From positions 31,806,001 through 31,870,000 of the forward strand of contig OX597814.1 in assembly GCA_951406725.2 (NCBI GenBank): 64,000 bases of DNA. Direction: 5' to 3'. The notes under the pieces are model-generated. The model was not told where the DNA came from, did not search any database, and saw nothing but the letters and a program-made list of their open reading frames with translations. Shown here piece by piece: positions 15,031 through 29,724 of the stretch. A program made the translations under genes and the position numbers. This DNA is from Octopus vulgaris (taxonomy: Eukaryota). Each line of letters begins with the position of its first letter. The first letter of the stretch is position 1.

Positions 15031-16035
15031 AAATACTTGAGGGAGAAGGAAAACATGGGGCCACCTTGGTGGGAAGGGCCAATTATTATATATATAATTA
15101 CAGTGAACCGCCGAACGCTACAAAGTATTTTACCAAAACACAGATTATTTAAAAGGATTGAATTAGAAGAGAGAATGGCTGTGGAGCGCAAAATAGAATT
15201 CAATCGTCATCAAAATAGCTCCAAAAGAACGAAAGAGGAATTGTGGCATTTGGTGTGGGCGGTATTCGTTAGAATGTAAGATGGTCGAACAGTATCAAAA
15301 GAAGAGCAGGCGTATTAAATTGGGATTGGCAAGGATATGTGACACTCCATCGATTACGACGACTCGAGTTCCGTTCAACGGTACTGCCTGCTCATGAAAT
15401 TAAGTTGTAAGTGGCTGAGCACTCTACAGACACGTGTACCCATGACATAGTTCTCAGGGTTATTCAGTGTGGCATAGAATGTGACAAGGTTATTCCCTTT
15501 GAATTACTGGTACTACTGATTTTTTGGCGCCATCTGAGTGGACTACAGCAATGTGAAATAAAGTACCTTGCCCAAGGACACAACACAGCGCTGAGATTGA
15601 ACGCACGACATTACGATCGTGAGTCGGTTACTCTAATCGCTACTCGACGCATCTTAGTACAGCAAAGATGTTTGCGCGCGTGTGTGTGTTTAATGAATTT
15701 CGAATACATATGATTGAATTATGAATTATTCACTCATGAATTAACTTACGCAATTTAGAAATAATAAATGCATTGTGGTTATGAAATTTAACAAATGATC
15801 GCACGTTTACATACATATTTTCATATTAACTTTCAGATAAATCCTTTGTCTGAGATGGTAAATTCTAAACATATTTTTTGCATGTTTTCTATTATGAATA
15901 CATTATACTTGTAATTTTATTAACATTAATATTCATATTGTAATGCATTTCCTATACTGTAGTGTAACATGGATTTAGAAATATACCTAGCATTCTAGTC
16001 TCCATTTTGATATAACCACTTATCACCGTGATCAT

Positions 16036-16333
16036 CGTGACCGACCAGGCTATCAGATGTTGCTACACATCGCTGGTCACAATATGCTTCGCATTGTTTT
16101 AGCCTTCAAATGACGCCACCCCGCTGGCTAAGCGAGCAGGCCAACAGAAGAAAGAGTGAGAGAAAGTTGTGGCGAAAGAGTACAGCAGGGATCGCCACCA
16201 CTCACCTGCCGGAGGCTCGTGGAGCTTGTAGTGTTTTCGCTCAATAAACACTCACAACGCTCGGTCTGGGAATCGAAACCGCAATCCTACGACCGTGAGT
16301 CCGCTGCCCTAACCACTGGGTCATTGCGCCTCC
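16036..16333 (-). mobile_element. SINE family A, tail type 1
   Basis: Reverse complement of the 2136-2396 family. Confidence 0.85.
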
Positions 16334-16487
16334 ACATAGCCACTTAGACAACCACTTATATATAATTTTATCTATACATCTCCCTAGCTATTTTAGATAT
16401 TATGTATTTATATCTACTATTTAACAGCTTATATAGTATATAAGTATATACACACATATATTCATATACATAAACATCAAACACATA

Positions 16488-16662
16488 CGAGGGGGTGATG
16501 AAAAGTTCCTGGCTTTAAGGTTATCGCAACAGAACCGGTCGGCGGCCCAACCTAGCTGTAATGTGTATATGAATCTAAGAGGGGAATATGCTGAATAAAA
16601 TCATAACTGGTCCTCCTGTAATTTCTTTTACCCTAAGCCAGAAACTTTTCAGCACCGCCTCC
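16488..16662. mobile_element. mariner-type MITE
   Basis: ~28 bp TIRs CGAGGGGGTGATGAAAAGTTCCTGGCTT / AAGCCAGAAACTTTTCAGCACCGCCTCC, flanked by TA. Confidence 0.85.
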
Positions 16663-17519
16663 TATAAGTATATTTATGAGACTTATTGGTGGACAAATAT
16701 TATTTATTTGTAGGTTAACAAGGCTACTATTGGTTTCACGCCGAGTGAAAATTTCTCAGCAATTATCAAGCCTTCTACATGAGACGTTGGTACTCATTTC
16801 CATCTTTGATGAGAATACACGACGCTTCACGAGACTATGCTGGGTTTGAGGATGAGCAAATAAATATACAGATCACGGGAGACAAGCCCTAATTGTTTCC
16901 TTGCTGTAGCTAACTTATAAATATAAATATGAATATACACGTAAATACACATGCACGTTGATATAGATTAGGTACATACACAGATACAGATTAATACATA
17001 CATACACACTTACACCTACATTACGCAGTTTGTTTGAGCATGTTGCACACATACTGGTTTGGGTATATAAAGTAACCAGTGACTGCCATGAATATATTCT
17101 GTCATTGGATTCACATATAATGAACTTTCCATTATGATGTGAAGTGATGTACAATATAAAGTAAACTTGTGAATTTATTTGCTTTTTTTCCCGTCTAATG
17201 TCTGCCTCTTATATTATCAGCTATTATTCATAGCTCCCTTTGCATTTTAGCAACGTATCAATGAAATACTGTAGTTTTAAAAAGTTCTTCAAAGTTGAGA
17301 GCCGTCATAAGATCTACGGCTCAGATATTCAATATATGATGGATAGGATTATGTAATACTAGCTACACAATACACTTAACGGTACACCGCTTTGTATATA
17401 GCTGACCTTTTAAATAAATATGCATTCGTTTTTACCGGTAAGAGAATAGGTTCCATTAAATAGTGGGCTGCTATGCACAATGAACTGTTCATTAATGCGA
17501 ATATAATATTCTTCTATGA

Positions 17520-18100
17520 GGGTGGCAAGCTGGCAGAATCGTTAGCACGCCGGGCGAAATGTCTAACGGTATTTCGTCTGCTGTTACGTTCTGAGTTCGA
17601 ATTCCGCCGAGGTCGACTTTGCCTTTCATCCTTTCGGGGTCGATAAATTAAGTACCAGTTACACACTGGAGTCGATGTAATCGACTTAATACCTTTGTCT
17701 GTCCTTGTTTGTCCCCTCTATGTTTAGCCATTTGTGGGTAATAAAGAAATAGGTATTTCGTCTGCCGTTACATTCTGAGTTCAAATTCCGCCGAGGTCGA
17801 CTTTGCCTTTCATCCTTTCGGGGTCGATAAAATTAAGAACCAGTTACGCACTGGGATCGATATAATCGACTTAATCCGTTTGTCTGTCCTTGTTTTCCCC
17901 CTCTGTGTTTAGCCCCTTGTGGGTAGTAAAGAAATAGGTATTTCGTCTGCCGTTACATTCTGAGTTCAAATTTCGCAGAGGTCGACTTTGCCTTTCATCC
18001 TTTCAGGGTCGATAAATTAATTACCAGTTGCGTACTGGGGTCGATCTAATCGACTGGCCCCCTCCCAAAAAATGTCGGGCCTTGTGCCTAGAGTAGAATA
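17520..18100 (+). mobile_element. SINE family C: one head plus three tandem ~185 bp body units
   Basis: The unit GGTATTTCGTCTGC...AAAGAAATA repeats at ~17568, 17752 and 17937. Confidence 0.9.
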
Positions 18101-18596
18101 GAATATAGTATTCTTCTATAATTATTTCTGAAGCTGATGGAAGACATTTCACACGCTAACTCTGTATTATACTGTAAGCATATAGCGAAATATATTTAAA
18201 TGATTTCACCATACTCGCATTTCGAATATCTTCAAATCCGAGATTATAGTAATTTCTTTCTTAAACTCTAGGGCAAAATCTTTTGTAGAAATAAGGAAAT
18301 AGAAAAATAAACGATCTGTATATAGAATAAGCATGATATCGTAGACTAATAGGAATGAATGTATCAACGTGATTCAGCACCTAAAAGGCAGAGGATAAAA
18401 AGATTTACCATGTAAGGAATCACTCTTTTTCTCGGAATTTATTTCAGAAGATATAATATATTGACATATGTATTTATAATATGTTGTTGGTAGACTTCAT
18501 AGAAGAAACGTGCAGTATAGCTATATTATTTAATTACGTTCGTCTCTCTTGCATCAAAACATTTCTTCAGAAACAACTCGAAACAAAAACAAAAGA

Positions 18597-18639
<43 letters not shown>

Positions 18640-19807
18640 AAAAAATTCTATACAGAAGTTTGATCTGGCACATTCAACAAAGACATTGTCCTCACACCTA
18701 ACAGTCTTGTGTCCTCAAGCTAGGATAAAGAACGATAAAAGACTTTGGATGATACATACAATAGAAAAACACACGCATCGAATAAAAAAATATCGGAAAA
18801 CAAAGATAAAGTAGTAGATAAGTAATCAGCTACTATTAATCTCCGAAATATATTAAACCTGTTGAGAACACAAATTAAATTAGGACGGAGATCGATAGAA
18901 ACTCGTCTGTCTTATTCCAACAGCATCATGAAAAAAATGCAGAAAACGAAGAAATAAGATAAGACAGAATTTTGCAGAAAGAATGCTGCAACCCAAGGAA
19001 ATTCTTGAATCGCAGCTTGCAGAATTCGGTTTTCTTTTCTTTTTTTTTTTTTCTCAGAGATACTCAGTAGAGTCAGGCAAAGTGGTAAAAACACTAATTA
19101 GAGAAAAATAGCTAGACACACAGACAGATACTCATACCCATACATAGACACACTAATGCGTATATGAGTGTATGCGTATATATTTATTTATACCACCTGC
19201 AACGGTTGGAGGCAATGATGAATCGAATGTATACGTAATTCAAGATAACGTTTACGTATTTTTCAAGTTGACTGTTCCGATTGAAAATAACAGATGATCC
19301 GATTAAGTATGCATGACATCATTCTCATTTATAGGTATCAGCTAGGATGACTGAAGATACATTTTACAGATCATGTATAAAACAATATGATTAATAGTAT
19401 AACTCAGCGACGCATTCTGCATGGAAGCCAATAGTTAAGTTAAGCAAGAGGTCACTACAAAATCATCCAGGATATAATTATGTAAGAGCATAAGACCATA
19501 TCAGTCAATGACCATTATAATTTTAAGTGTTTATATTTATTTGTTAATATCTCCAACAACTGTTGGACGCCAAAATAAAAGCCGTAGTTACCGAAATACT
19601 TAAAGGGAATTCTCTATTACTAATATCTTTTATAATGATTCTGTAATTACTTTAGATTTTATAATGACCCGAGCATTAAACATTTTATGTCTAACACACC
19701 TACGATAGTGAAGATTCCGTGCTAAAATACTTTAAGAACAATTTCCTGTGCTCTGTATTCATATATTTCGTGCAATATTTTCACTCTTGACATCAAGAGC
19801 CTATATA

Positions 19808-19945
19808 CGTGATCCCTCACTTTGAGGGGCTGCATGCACTCCAACATTTCCTTAACCTTCGACTCAACCCCCAACCTGATACATCCGCACTCCCTCGTCT
19901 GGCCGAACTTGTCCTCTCACTTAACTGTTTCTCATTCGTGGATTT
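19808..19945 (+). mobile_element. Short Neptune-type Penelope RT fragment
   Basis: VIPHFEGLHALQHFLNLRLNPQPDTSALPRLAELVLSLNCFSF, closely similar to 22500-22630 on the minus strand. Confidence 0.85.
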
Positions 19946-21021
19946 TCCTTTCAGTTCCACTGTGCATGCTGCACGTTGGGCGAATGTCTTCAGTTGCAAT
20001 TATACCCTGGGCGACTAATGGCTTGTGTGTGGAATTGTAGAGATATGAACTGCGTGAAATTCCATCATGTATAAATACATGCTTAAGATTATGTATGTGT
20101 GATTTTGTGTTTGTCCATAATCACCGCTTGACTACCGGTGTCGGTTTCTTTACGTCCACATAACTTAGCATTTCAGAAAAAGAGACAAGACATATATTTA
20201 TATGTTCGCTTAAACACTCCAGGGCGGTACCACAGCTAGGCTGTAGACCAATGAGTGAAACAAAGAATAAAAAAAGATAAAATATATGTATACAATTAAA
20301 AAAACAAATGTAATATTGTTCACTCTCTTTTATCTTTTACTCGTTTCATTTACTAGACTGCGGCCGCGCTTGGGCACCACCTCGAAAAATTTGTAGTCGA
20401 ATATATTGATCTCTGTATTTATTTTTTATTTAAACCCAAATACTTATTCTATCCGTAGCTTGTTCCGAATCGCTAAGTTATGTGGACGTAAACAGTGCAA
20501 CACCGGTTGTCAAACGGCGATGGGGAACAAATACAGACACAAAGAGAAACACACATACAGTACTGCGGTACAAATAACCTGGTGTAGAATTCAATATACG
20601 TATGCTTCTGAACGAAGCTTTAGTCGAACACTGAGAGGTAATATGTAGAAAGTGATGATAGGAATGAACAATGAAGTCTACTGGAGGAATAAAATTAGAA
20701 TGAGGTATTTTTGCCTCTTGGCTGAAACAGCTGTAAGTTATTTTCCCAATTTATATTCGCGTGTGTTATATTTTAATAATTACTGGTATCATCTTTATAT
20801 ATTAATATATTTTATATGTAAAGCATAATATGTTAGACATGTATGTATATTCTTGTAATTGCTATTTTAGTAAATAAATAAGTTGACATAATAATATGTC
20901 TAAAAGTTGATGAACCACACGTTGATCCCCTCCATTTTCTTATTGCTCTGTATATATATATATATGATTGATCGATTGATTCTAGTTTCAGCTCACGAGT
21001 TGTGGCCATGCTGGGGCACAT

Positions 21022-23100
21022 AGTGAGAATTTACAAATAAAAAAAAAAACAGAAGACGATGACGGTGTGCGTAAACAACATACGGATGTATGAGTTTAAC
21101 GATCGGGAAGTGGTGAGAAAGTCTACGCTCTTCGACAAAAAGGAATACAGAAAGAAACAGGGAGCGAAAAGGCAAAGGTTTAGTGGTTAGCGACCTATTA
21201 TGGCGAATGCCGAGCAGAGGGGTCACACAGGAGAGCTAGGTAGAAGGGGAGATAATATGTACGTATGGAAGAGAACTGGTGATTTTGACGTGTGTGTATG
21301 TTTGTGTGCATATGTAGGTGTGTGGATGATGGTGTGGCTGCTGGGAAGTGGTCACTGCTAGTGCGTGCGGGGTGGTGTGAAATGGTGTGATGTAATGTGA
21401 TGGTGCGTGTGTGGGTGGGAAGAAGTTTGTGTGAGAGGAAAAGAGGAGAGAGGAGGAGCGTTAGATGAAAAGGGGAGGAGTGTAGACGCCATGAGGGGCA
21501 AAGGAGCGCAGAAAGAAGATTAATACATGTTCACGGCGAAGACGGGAGTCCGGATGGCACCTGTGCAAGGAAAATCCGAACACAGACAGGTGTTGTAAAG
21601 AATGACCGGTAGAGCGGAAATAGCGCGAAGCCGGGGTGTCATTGCCGAGTCGGATGTCTCGGAGGTTTTCCGCGAACCGGTCAGCCAAGCCTCTCGTTTG
21701 ACCGATGTATAAAGAAGGATAGAGAGAGCAGGAGATGCAGTAGATAACGTTGCTAGAAGTGCAGGTGAAGGAGTCAGTGATATGATTGGGTCGATGATGA
21801 GTGCCTGTGAGGAGGGTGGTGTTGTAAAGTTAAGGGCAAGTGCGGCAGTGTGGGTGGGAGCAGCGGAACGAGCCGGGTTGGGAGGTCGGGTCAGGTTGTG
21901 GGCTGACCTAACCTCCCACGTAGATTGTGGGCTCGTTTGAAGGAGGGGAGGAGTCGGTTAGAGAAGATGTGCGATGTGGACGGGTCGAATTTGAGTCGCC
22001 GGAAGGCTTGGAGAATGCTGCGTTGGAGAGGTAGCGTGATGGGGTGGTAGGTGAGGGGAAACGGGAGACGGGTGCAGGAGAGAGAGCAGATGCAATTGAG
22101 AATAGGGATGGAGGGCTTGGTGTGTTTAGGGTGGGAGGAGGAGAATTTGAGGTATGAGTGTGAGTCTGTGTGTTTGTAGTGGATGGAGGTGGTGAGAGTG
22201 GTGTGATGAATGCTGACCAAAACGTCGAGAAAGGCGACTGATGGGTCGGAAATAGTGCCGAGGAAGTGGAGGGCAGAATGGAAAGATTTGACAAGAGATG
22301 AAGTAGTCTATATGTTTGCGGGGGAGTGAGATGGCACCGATGCACTCGTCAATATAACGACCGTATAGTTTGAGAGTGGGTCCAGTGAAACTTGAGAATA
22401 TTTGGACCTTAACGTAGCCAAAGAATAGGTTCGCATAGTTGGGTCCCATTCTCGTTCCTATGGCCACTCCCGAGATTTGCTGGTAAAAATCACCCACGAA
22501 CGAGAAGCAGTTAAGTGAGAGGACATGTTCGTCCAGACGAGGGAGAGTGGATGTGTCAAGTTGGGGGCTGAGTCGAAGGTCAAGGAAATGTTAGAGTGCA
22601 CACAGCCCCTCGTAGTGAGGGATCACGGTGTATAGGCTCTTGATGTCAAGTGTGAAGGGAAGTTTAGAGGGGCCAGGAGAGGAGAAGGAGATGAACAAGC
22701 GAAAAGTACGGTTGGTGCCATGGATGTGAGAGGGGAGGGAAGCCGCTAGAGGGCAAGGACACGGTCAAGATATCTGGAGATGAGTTCGGTGGGGCAGTTG
22801 CCGGCGGAGACGGTGGGTGGCCAGGGTTGTTAGGTTTGTGGATTTTGGGAAGGAAGTAAATGATGGGGGTGCGAGTGGTGCGGACAATGAGGTTAGAGGC
22901 AGTGGGGGAGATGGGAGTAGGAGATGACGTCATGGATAGTGGAGGACACAGTCTGTTGGTAGCTGGGTGTGGGGTTGTAGTGCAAAGGGCAGTGGAATGA
23001 GGTGTCTTGAAGTTGGAGAGCTTCCGTTTTCTAGAGGTCCGTGCCTCACACCACCACGGCTCCAGTCTTGTCTGCCGGTTTTATGACGATGACTATGCGT
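21022..23100 (-). mobile_element. Penelope-like retroelement (Neptune-type): RT + Cys linker + GIY-YIG endonuclease, pseudogenised, with 3' tail
   Basis: IYFLPKIHKPNNPG, FTLDIKSLYTVIPH, GVAIGTRMGPNYANLF, YGRYIDE, CSHPHCRTC, FTCTSSNVIYCISC..LYIGQT, DRFAENLRDIR...RREHVLIFFLRSFAPHG. Confidence 0.95.
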
Positions 23101-24465
23101 TTTAGATATGTTCAAAAGGTTCAAACGTCGTAGTGTATATTGGTGCGATTCCTCACCAGCGGAAGAGTACTGTTTAATCCGGGTAACGGAAGAGTACTAT
23201 ACCTCCGGGTATAGGAGGTCACCAACGGTGCAAATAACATGAAACACGTAAACAATGAGAAAAAAATGGAAAACACGACAAGCAAACACAAAGGAAGGAC
23301 ACTTCATGAGTTGTCGGCTGTCTATTTCGAGCATTCAGCGACAGTATGTGTCGTCAAAGACAGTTGCTCCCATAAATTCTAAAATAGAAATTTAGTATTT
23401 ATGAAGGGTCAAAGTTGGGAACAAAAATATGACAGTGAAAACATACAAGGAAACCGAACGAAAAACAAACTACTTACAACACAGCAACGCTTGCGTCTAC
23501 TATATAAACGATACACATAAAATGGCATGATCATGTATATGAAGAGAATAATTCATAATTGCATGCTATAGGATCATATACATCAAAGAAATAATATATT
23601 TGCAATTCAGCGTTTCATTTACTGGTCATTCCCGACCTGTTCTCTAACAACCGCAGCCAGAGGTATTTTCATTTCCTTCTCTTTTTAATTGAGATGCTTC
23701 TAGTAACAGAAACAATACCAACATCTTAATCATTCATTTACCTGGAAAGATATGAATGCATCTGTTAATTTTGACTTCTGTGGCCCTTAAACCACTAATT
23801 AATATTTATTTGGCCTAAGCATCATCAATAAAGTTAAATCTGCAGATGATATATTAGATATGAGTTGTAACCTTACGTTTCTCAAATAATATTAATTTCT
23901 CTCTCCCTCTCTCTCTCTCTCCGTCTCTTCCTCCCGTTATATATATATATATCCATTTAATTTTGTTTGGGGAAGAGCCTCGTAAAGCGACCGTAAAAGC
24001 TCTTATGTTTCTTGTCGGAGTTAATTTTCAATCTTTCTTTCCATCCCACCTCAATCTCATTCATGCAAACGCCATACTAAATATTGCAAACGATTGTTAA
24101 TACGGTTTACTAAATACAAAATTTGATGACCCAACGCTTTGCTTTATGAAAGAAAAAATTACATATGTCCATGACAAAAGTGAATCCCATTTGAAGTCAA
24201 TTATATACGCTCTACTCATAGCCTGGATCGATCACTAAATTGTGAATGGAACAAGGAGAATGTGAAGAAGCATGTGAATATATGCGCGCGTGCGCGTAAT
24301 TATAAAATTTGAGTTTATAACAGGTTAATGGGGCTGGCTATGTTTCACAGTGAATACATGTCATAACAATAGATAAAAAATGACAACAGATAATAAAAAA
24401 AAAGTATACACATGTAGACAAAAATATAAAATAAGTATACAGCCACACACATATATGTATGTATG

Positions 24466-24504
<39 letters not shown>

Positions 24505-24509
<5 letters not shown>

Positions 24510-24715
24510 TAATCCAAACAAGAAAACAAAAAGACAACAACGCAAGGATGTGGAACAAATAAAGTATTATTGGATGCTCAGGAAAGAATGGAAGAAGGAC
24601 GGTTTGACGTTTCGAGCGGAGCTCTTCGTCGGAAACATAGGAGAAAGAAAGATCCCGAGACGGGAGGACAGAGGAAAAAAAATTGCAGTTAGTATTCACG
24701 AGGTCACATACTAAA
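24505..24715 (-). mobile_element. Solo Penelope pLTR-like tail with a minimal hammerhead (24602-24636), ending in (TA)n
   Basis: GTTT-CCGACGA-A-GAGC(TCC)GCTC-GAAA-CG-TC-AAAC. A second copy is at 41476-41690. Confidence 0.7.
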
Positions 24716-24810
24716 AAGACGGAAGTGGTAAAAATGGAGGAAAATGTTTTTAAAAACAAGAGAGCTGAATCAAAGAAGGAAAGGTAAAAAAGGTGTGCGA
24801 GATGACAAGA

Positions 24811-25137
24811 AGGCGTAGGAGTGGCTGTGTGGTAAGTAGCTTGTTTACGAATCACATGGTTCCGGTTCAGTCCCACTGCGTGGTACCTAGGGCAAGTGTC
24901 TTCTACTATAACCTCGGGCCGAACAACGCCTTGTGAGTGGATTTGGTAGACGAAAACTGAAAGAAGCCCGTCGTATATATATATATATATATATAAATAT
25001 GTGTGTGTGTGTGTTTGTGTATGTTTGTGTGTTTGTCCTCAAAGAATAAGTCCTGGGGTCGATTTGCTCGATCGACTAAAGGCGGTGCTCCAGCATGCCC
25101 ACGGTCTGACTGAAACAAGTAAAAGAGTAAAAGAGTA
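24811..25137 (+). mobile_element. SINE family B (internal deletion)
   Basis: Same head and tail as 14625-15030. Confidence 0.85.
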
Positions 25138-25238
25138 CATGTAGACAAAAATATAAAATAAGTATACGCATGTAGACACAACCACATATATAAACGTACA
25201 TACATACACACTCTAGTGGTCACTGCGCATACATACCC

Positions 25239-25721
25239 TTGCTCACGTCGTTAAGCAGATGTCATTACGGTTATAAAGAACTAAGATGGTCTTATTTGAG
25301 GCAAGAAGACAAAGGGTATTGCTGCCCCGCTGTGCAGCCAGTTTGTGGTCTGTTACAGATAACTGGGTGGGAATGTTTGGCTGGTCATTACCCGGAAATT
25401 GTATCCATCCCCTGTCATTTTAGCCAACAACCTACTGGCAACATGCCGTATAACCGAGCTAAACGAAACTGAATATATTGAGCGTAGTATCTTCTTTAAA
25501 ATAACACAACTGACGAGATGCACCTGGCTGGAGGATTCAATACAACGAGTAGTACAGTATCCCACCCGCAAGGAACCGATGCAAGATGGGTCGAAGCGAT
25601 CGCTATGATAAATAAAGATTAGCGTGGGCTTCATTTTCCGTTTGCCTCATTCATTAAAAACTCGAGCAGGGCAGAATTCCTGAGGCAGATCCAAGGACAC
25701 TTATATCAACACTGTGGATGA
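25239..25721 (+). pseudogene. Decayed intronless coding-like segment, possibly homologous to the gene owning exon 595-672
   Basis: One frame with 5 internal stops. SSRAEFLRQIQG (25662-25697) aligns to SGRSRFLTEIQG of the candidate exon (7/12 identical). Confidence 0.35.
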
Positions 25722-25747
25722 CATCTATCTAGCTCTCTCTCTCCCTC

Positions 25748-26377
<630 letters not shown>

Positions 26378-27589
26378 TAGTAAAAAGTGAAAAAACTACA
26401 GAAGGCTTGTTTTAAAAGGTTAAAAAATATATATTTGAGTCATTATGTCAGAAGAATGTTATAAATTTTTTTCATACAGTGACATAGTTTTTGAAGAAAT
26501 TACGGGTTTCGTGTTTAACTTTTCAAATTTCTCAAAAATCACTTAAAAAGATTCTCACAAAAGCAAAATTGCTTTCTGAAATTACGAATGCAAAAAAGTA
26601 AAAAAATGTGGTAGACCAAACTGTGCAACATGCCCAAACCTTCTAGACAGTCATTCTTTGCGTACCAGAACCCATTCGAGAAAAGAGTTATTCTTTGCAG
26701 AGATATATACGGGTGTATTTGGTTTATCTGGAATTTGTTGGGGATATTCATCCAGAAAATATGTGAAATGTCATGCGATCTGTTTTAGCTTTTTTTGCAT
26801 GATGTAAAAGTGAGCAAGAAATTAAATGTAAAACGATAAACAATTGACTAATTTCAATTCCTTTGAAATTTATTCACTTTTATATTATGTTTTATTGTCA
26901 TCTAAGATGTTATTCCGAAACATGTATAATGTACGAACAATCTAGCATCAGAGTATTAGAGCCAGTGTGCGAATAGGAAAGCATAATACCTACCTACTTA
27001 CCTATCTACCTATCCATCCACATACTTACATACAAAAAAATATATATCAAATGGATGTGTTATATAACTATTCCGTGCATACAATAACACCCATATCAAA
27101 AATCCAGCATACTTCTATCATAAGCTGCCTCACGGATATCAGTATGGTGTCGACACCTGGGCAATACGATTAAATCCGGTGGTGTGAACAACACTAAAAT
27201 AAGGGTTGTTTGGGAACAAGTGTACTTTAGTTATCACCACATTCATTCAATCTTAAGCCTAGGAAGTATTAAACACTAACATTATTAATTAAACTACAAC
27301 AACGAAACATATTTACCCTATATAAAGCAGTATCGGTAAATGTATAATACTATGTATACATATAGCCTGAATGTAGATACATAAATAGATAGACAGAGAG
27401 AGGGAGAGAGAAAGATGTATATAGGTGTACATGTGTGTGCATGCGTGTGTCAGTATTTATACCTCTGTATGCATATAATTATATTCTCACATGAACATAA
27501 CTATACAGGAAAGTAATTTGACTTCATATTTACTCTCTACGAAAATTTTAAACGCATATATGCATATACATACGTACATACATACATGA

Positions 27590-27642
<53 letters not shown>

Positions 27643-27736
27643 GTATATATATATACATATATATACATACATACAATTATATATACACACATATGCCCCA
27701 CATATAGTGTGAGAAAGAGAGAAAATGAGAAGAGGA

Positions 27737-27775
<39 letters not shown>

Positions 27776-29724
27776 TTAGGCTGACTTCTGTGTATATGTG
27801 TATGTCTGTGCGTGTATATATAGGTATGAATATATACATGCATGCTTCTATACATATTTACAGATATGTATATATATATATACACATACATATACATACA
27901 TATATATATATCTACACATATATATACATGTATGTATATATATATGTGTGCGTGTGTGTGTGTGTGTGTTTGTGTGTGTGTGTAAATATACGTATGTGCG
28001 TATGCAAATGTTGGAACACAACTGAGGCGTTGTTGAAAAAAATAAAGATAGCTTGCTGCACACGAATCTATTAGTTGTAATGAACATTTTCTTTTTTCGT
28101 AATATACAAAAATGTTCACCTTAATAAGGCTGATAAAGACGTCGCTGCTGGCTCCACAAACAAACAGCTAGTGAAATAATTTGTTTATATCATCGATGGA
28201 GAGAATAAATGTTGTGAAACGACCTCCAGTTATAACACCTTTTATAGACGTACAGTGTTTATCGGCGAATGCCAATGAGGGCGTTGTTGTTTTTAACGTA
28301 ACAACACCATTATAGCATCATCATTACAGCGTCATCTTATTGATACAACTACGATTTTAAAAGTTTGGAAGAACGACAATATTCCAGGGTAAATCATGTT
28401 GTTTTTCTTATTATTTAACTTTTTGAAAGAAAAAAAAAAGCGTATCACCAGGCTATCATAAGTTGTTATTTCGTATTCACTTTTTTAACATTTCTAATAG
28501 TATAATGATAATAACGGTGTAAAGAAAACAATACGAGATATATCTATCGGGAGTTTTCTCACCTCCATATATTATGTAGAGTTTATATAATGCTTGTGCA
28601 TGTATTGTATTGATATTTAAGAAATATTAACTTTTAGTTGCTACTAGTAGAGAGTTCGATAATGGCTTATCCACAATAACACGCGTATAGTAATTCGATT
28701 AAACATTTCAGCTTCAACCTCTCACTTAGTTTCACTTTATTTACATAGCTTGTAACTCTAGAGAGAAGCCATTAATGGCAAACTTGTTTATTACCTTTGT
28801 GTCTTATGAAGTAGGACGCAACTGCTGGTTTGTGGTAAGTTGCTCCCCAATATTAGATAACCCGGTGACATATGTCGGACACAAATTATTAACAATTATC
28901 AACCCGATTTCGATGTAATTTCCAGTCTGACTTGTTTTCCAAATGAGTTTCTTTTCTGATATTATATTTTTAATATGGATAAATCGTTTAGTTTGATTTA
29001 TCATCCATTGAAACTCAAAGTCATGTGGCTTCCTGAATCTGGTCAAGGTGGAATGGCAGTGAATTTCATAAGGCATAATTCACTCTACAGTCAACTGTCA
29101 TCTTGTTCTGTAACACCCACGGTTCCTTGGCATTGGGGCACCTCAAAACTCCAGTAAGGTTGCAGTGCAAGTAGAGGAATATCCAGAATTCATGACCTAA
29201 ATTCAGACTGAATTCCTTGGAGTGTAGCAAGTTAAGGTCCATATACATGTGCATAAGCTGGGCATTCATAATTGAAGACCTGCTTTTCTGCTCATCTTAC
29301 AACTTATTACAAATTTATGCAATGTATATTCCTGCTGGTAACAGCATGTGATTCCATTCGGGATATTACAGTCTAACAACGTAGAACATCCAAATGTAAA
29401 AGAGTTAGAGATTGATTTTTCAAGTCCAAAGATTCGTTGCAGTCAACATTTATGGTCGTTAGATTATATGAACCACCTAATTAATCTCAAATACTTCAGC
29501 ACATCACAATTATTCATGTCATCTTTCTAGACAATATAATAAGAACGTTTTATTGGATCAAATATTTGTCAGATTTACTAATCATAAATAAATTCATACG
29601 TTCAATAATAAGAATACTATAATACTATACTAAAAATACTATGAAGTCTCTTCACTTGCTATTAAAGCGGTCGGAGTAACCAGTCAATTGAAAGACTTCC
29701 TTATTGATTTTTATAATCGGTATT

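Noticed and set aside
20660-20740. GAAA-CAGCTG-TA hammerhead half; similar partial motifs at 23322-23362 (-) and 48785-48825 (-)
   Set aside because: The 5' core or helix III is missing or too degraded.
25470-25622. Alternative genetic code (TGA=Trp) or hypermutation explaining the stops
   Set aside because: TAG and TAA stops also occur, so ordinary pseudogene decay is sufficient.
28800-29560. GC-richer coding-like stretch; similar ones at 60790-61150 and 61620-62000
   Set aside because: No motif recognised with confidence. Probably old TE remnants; blastx would be needed.
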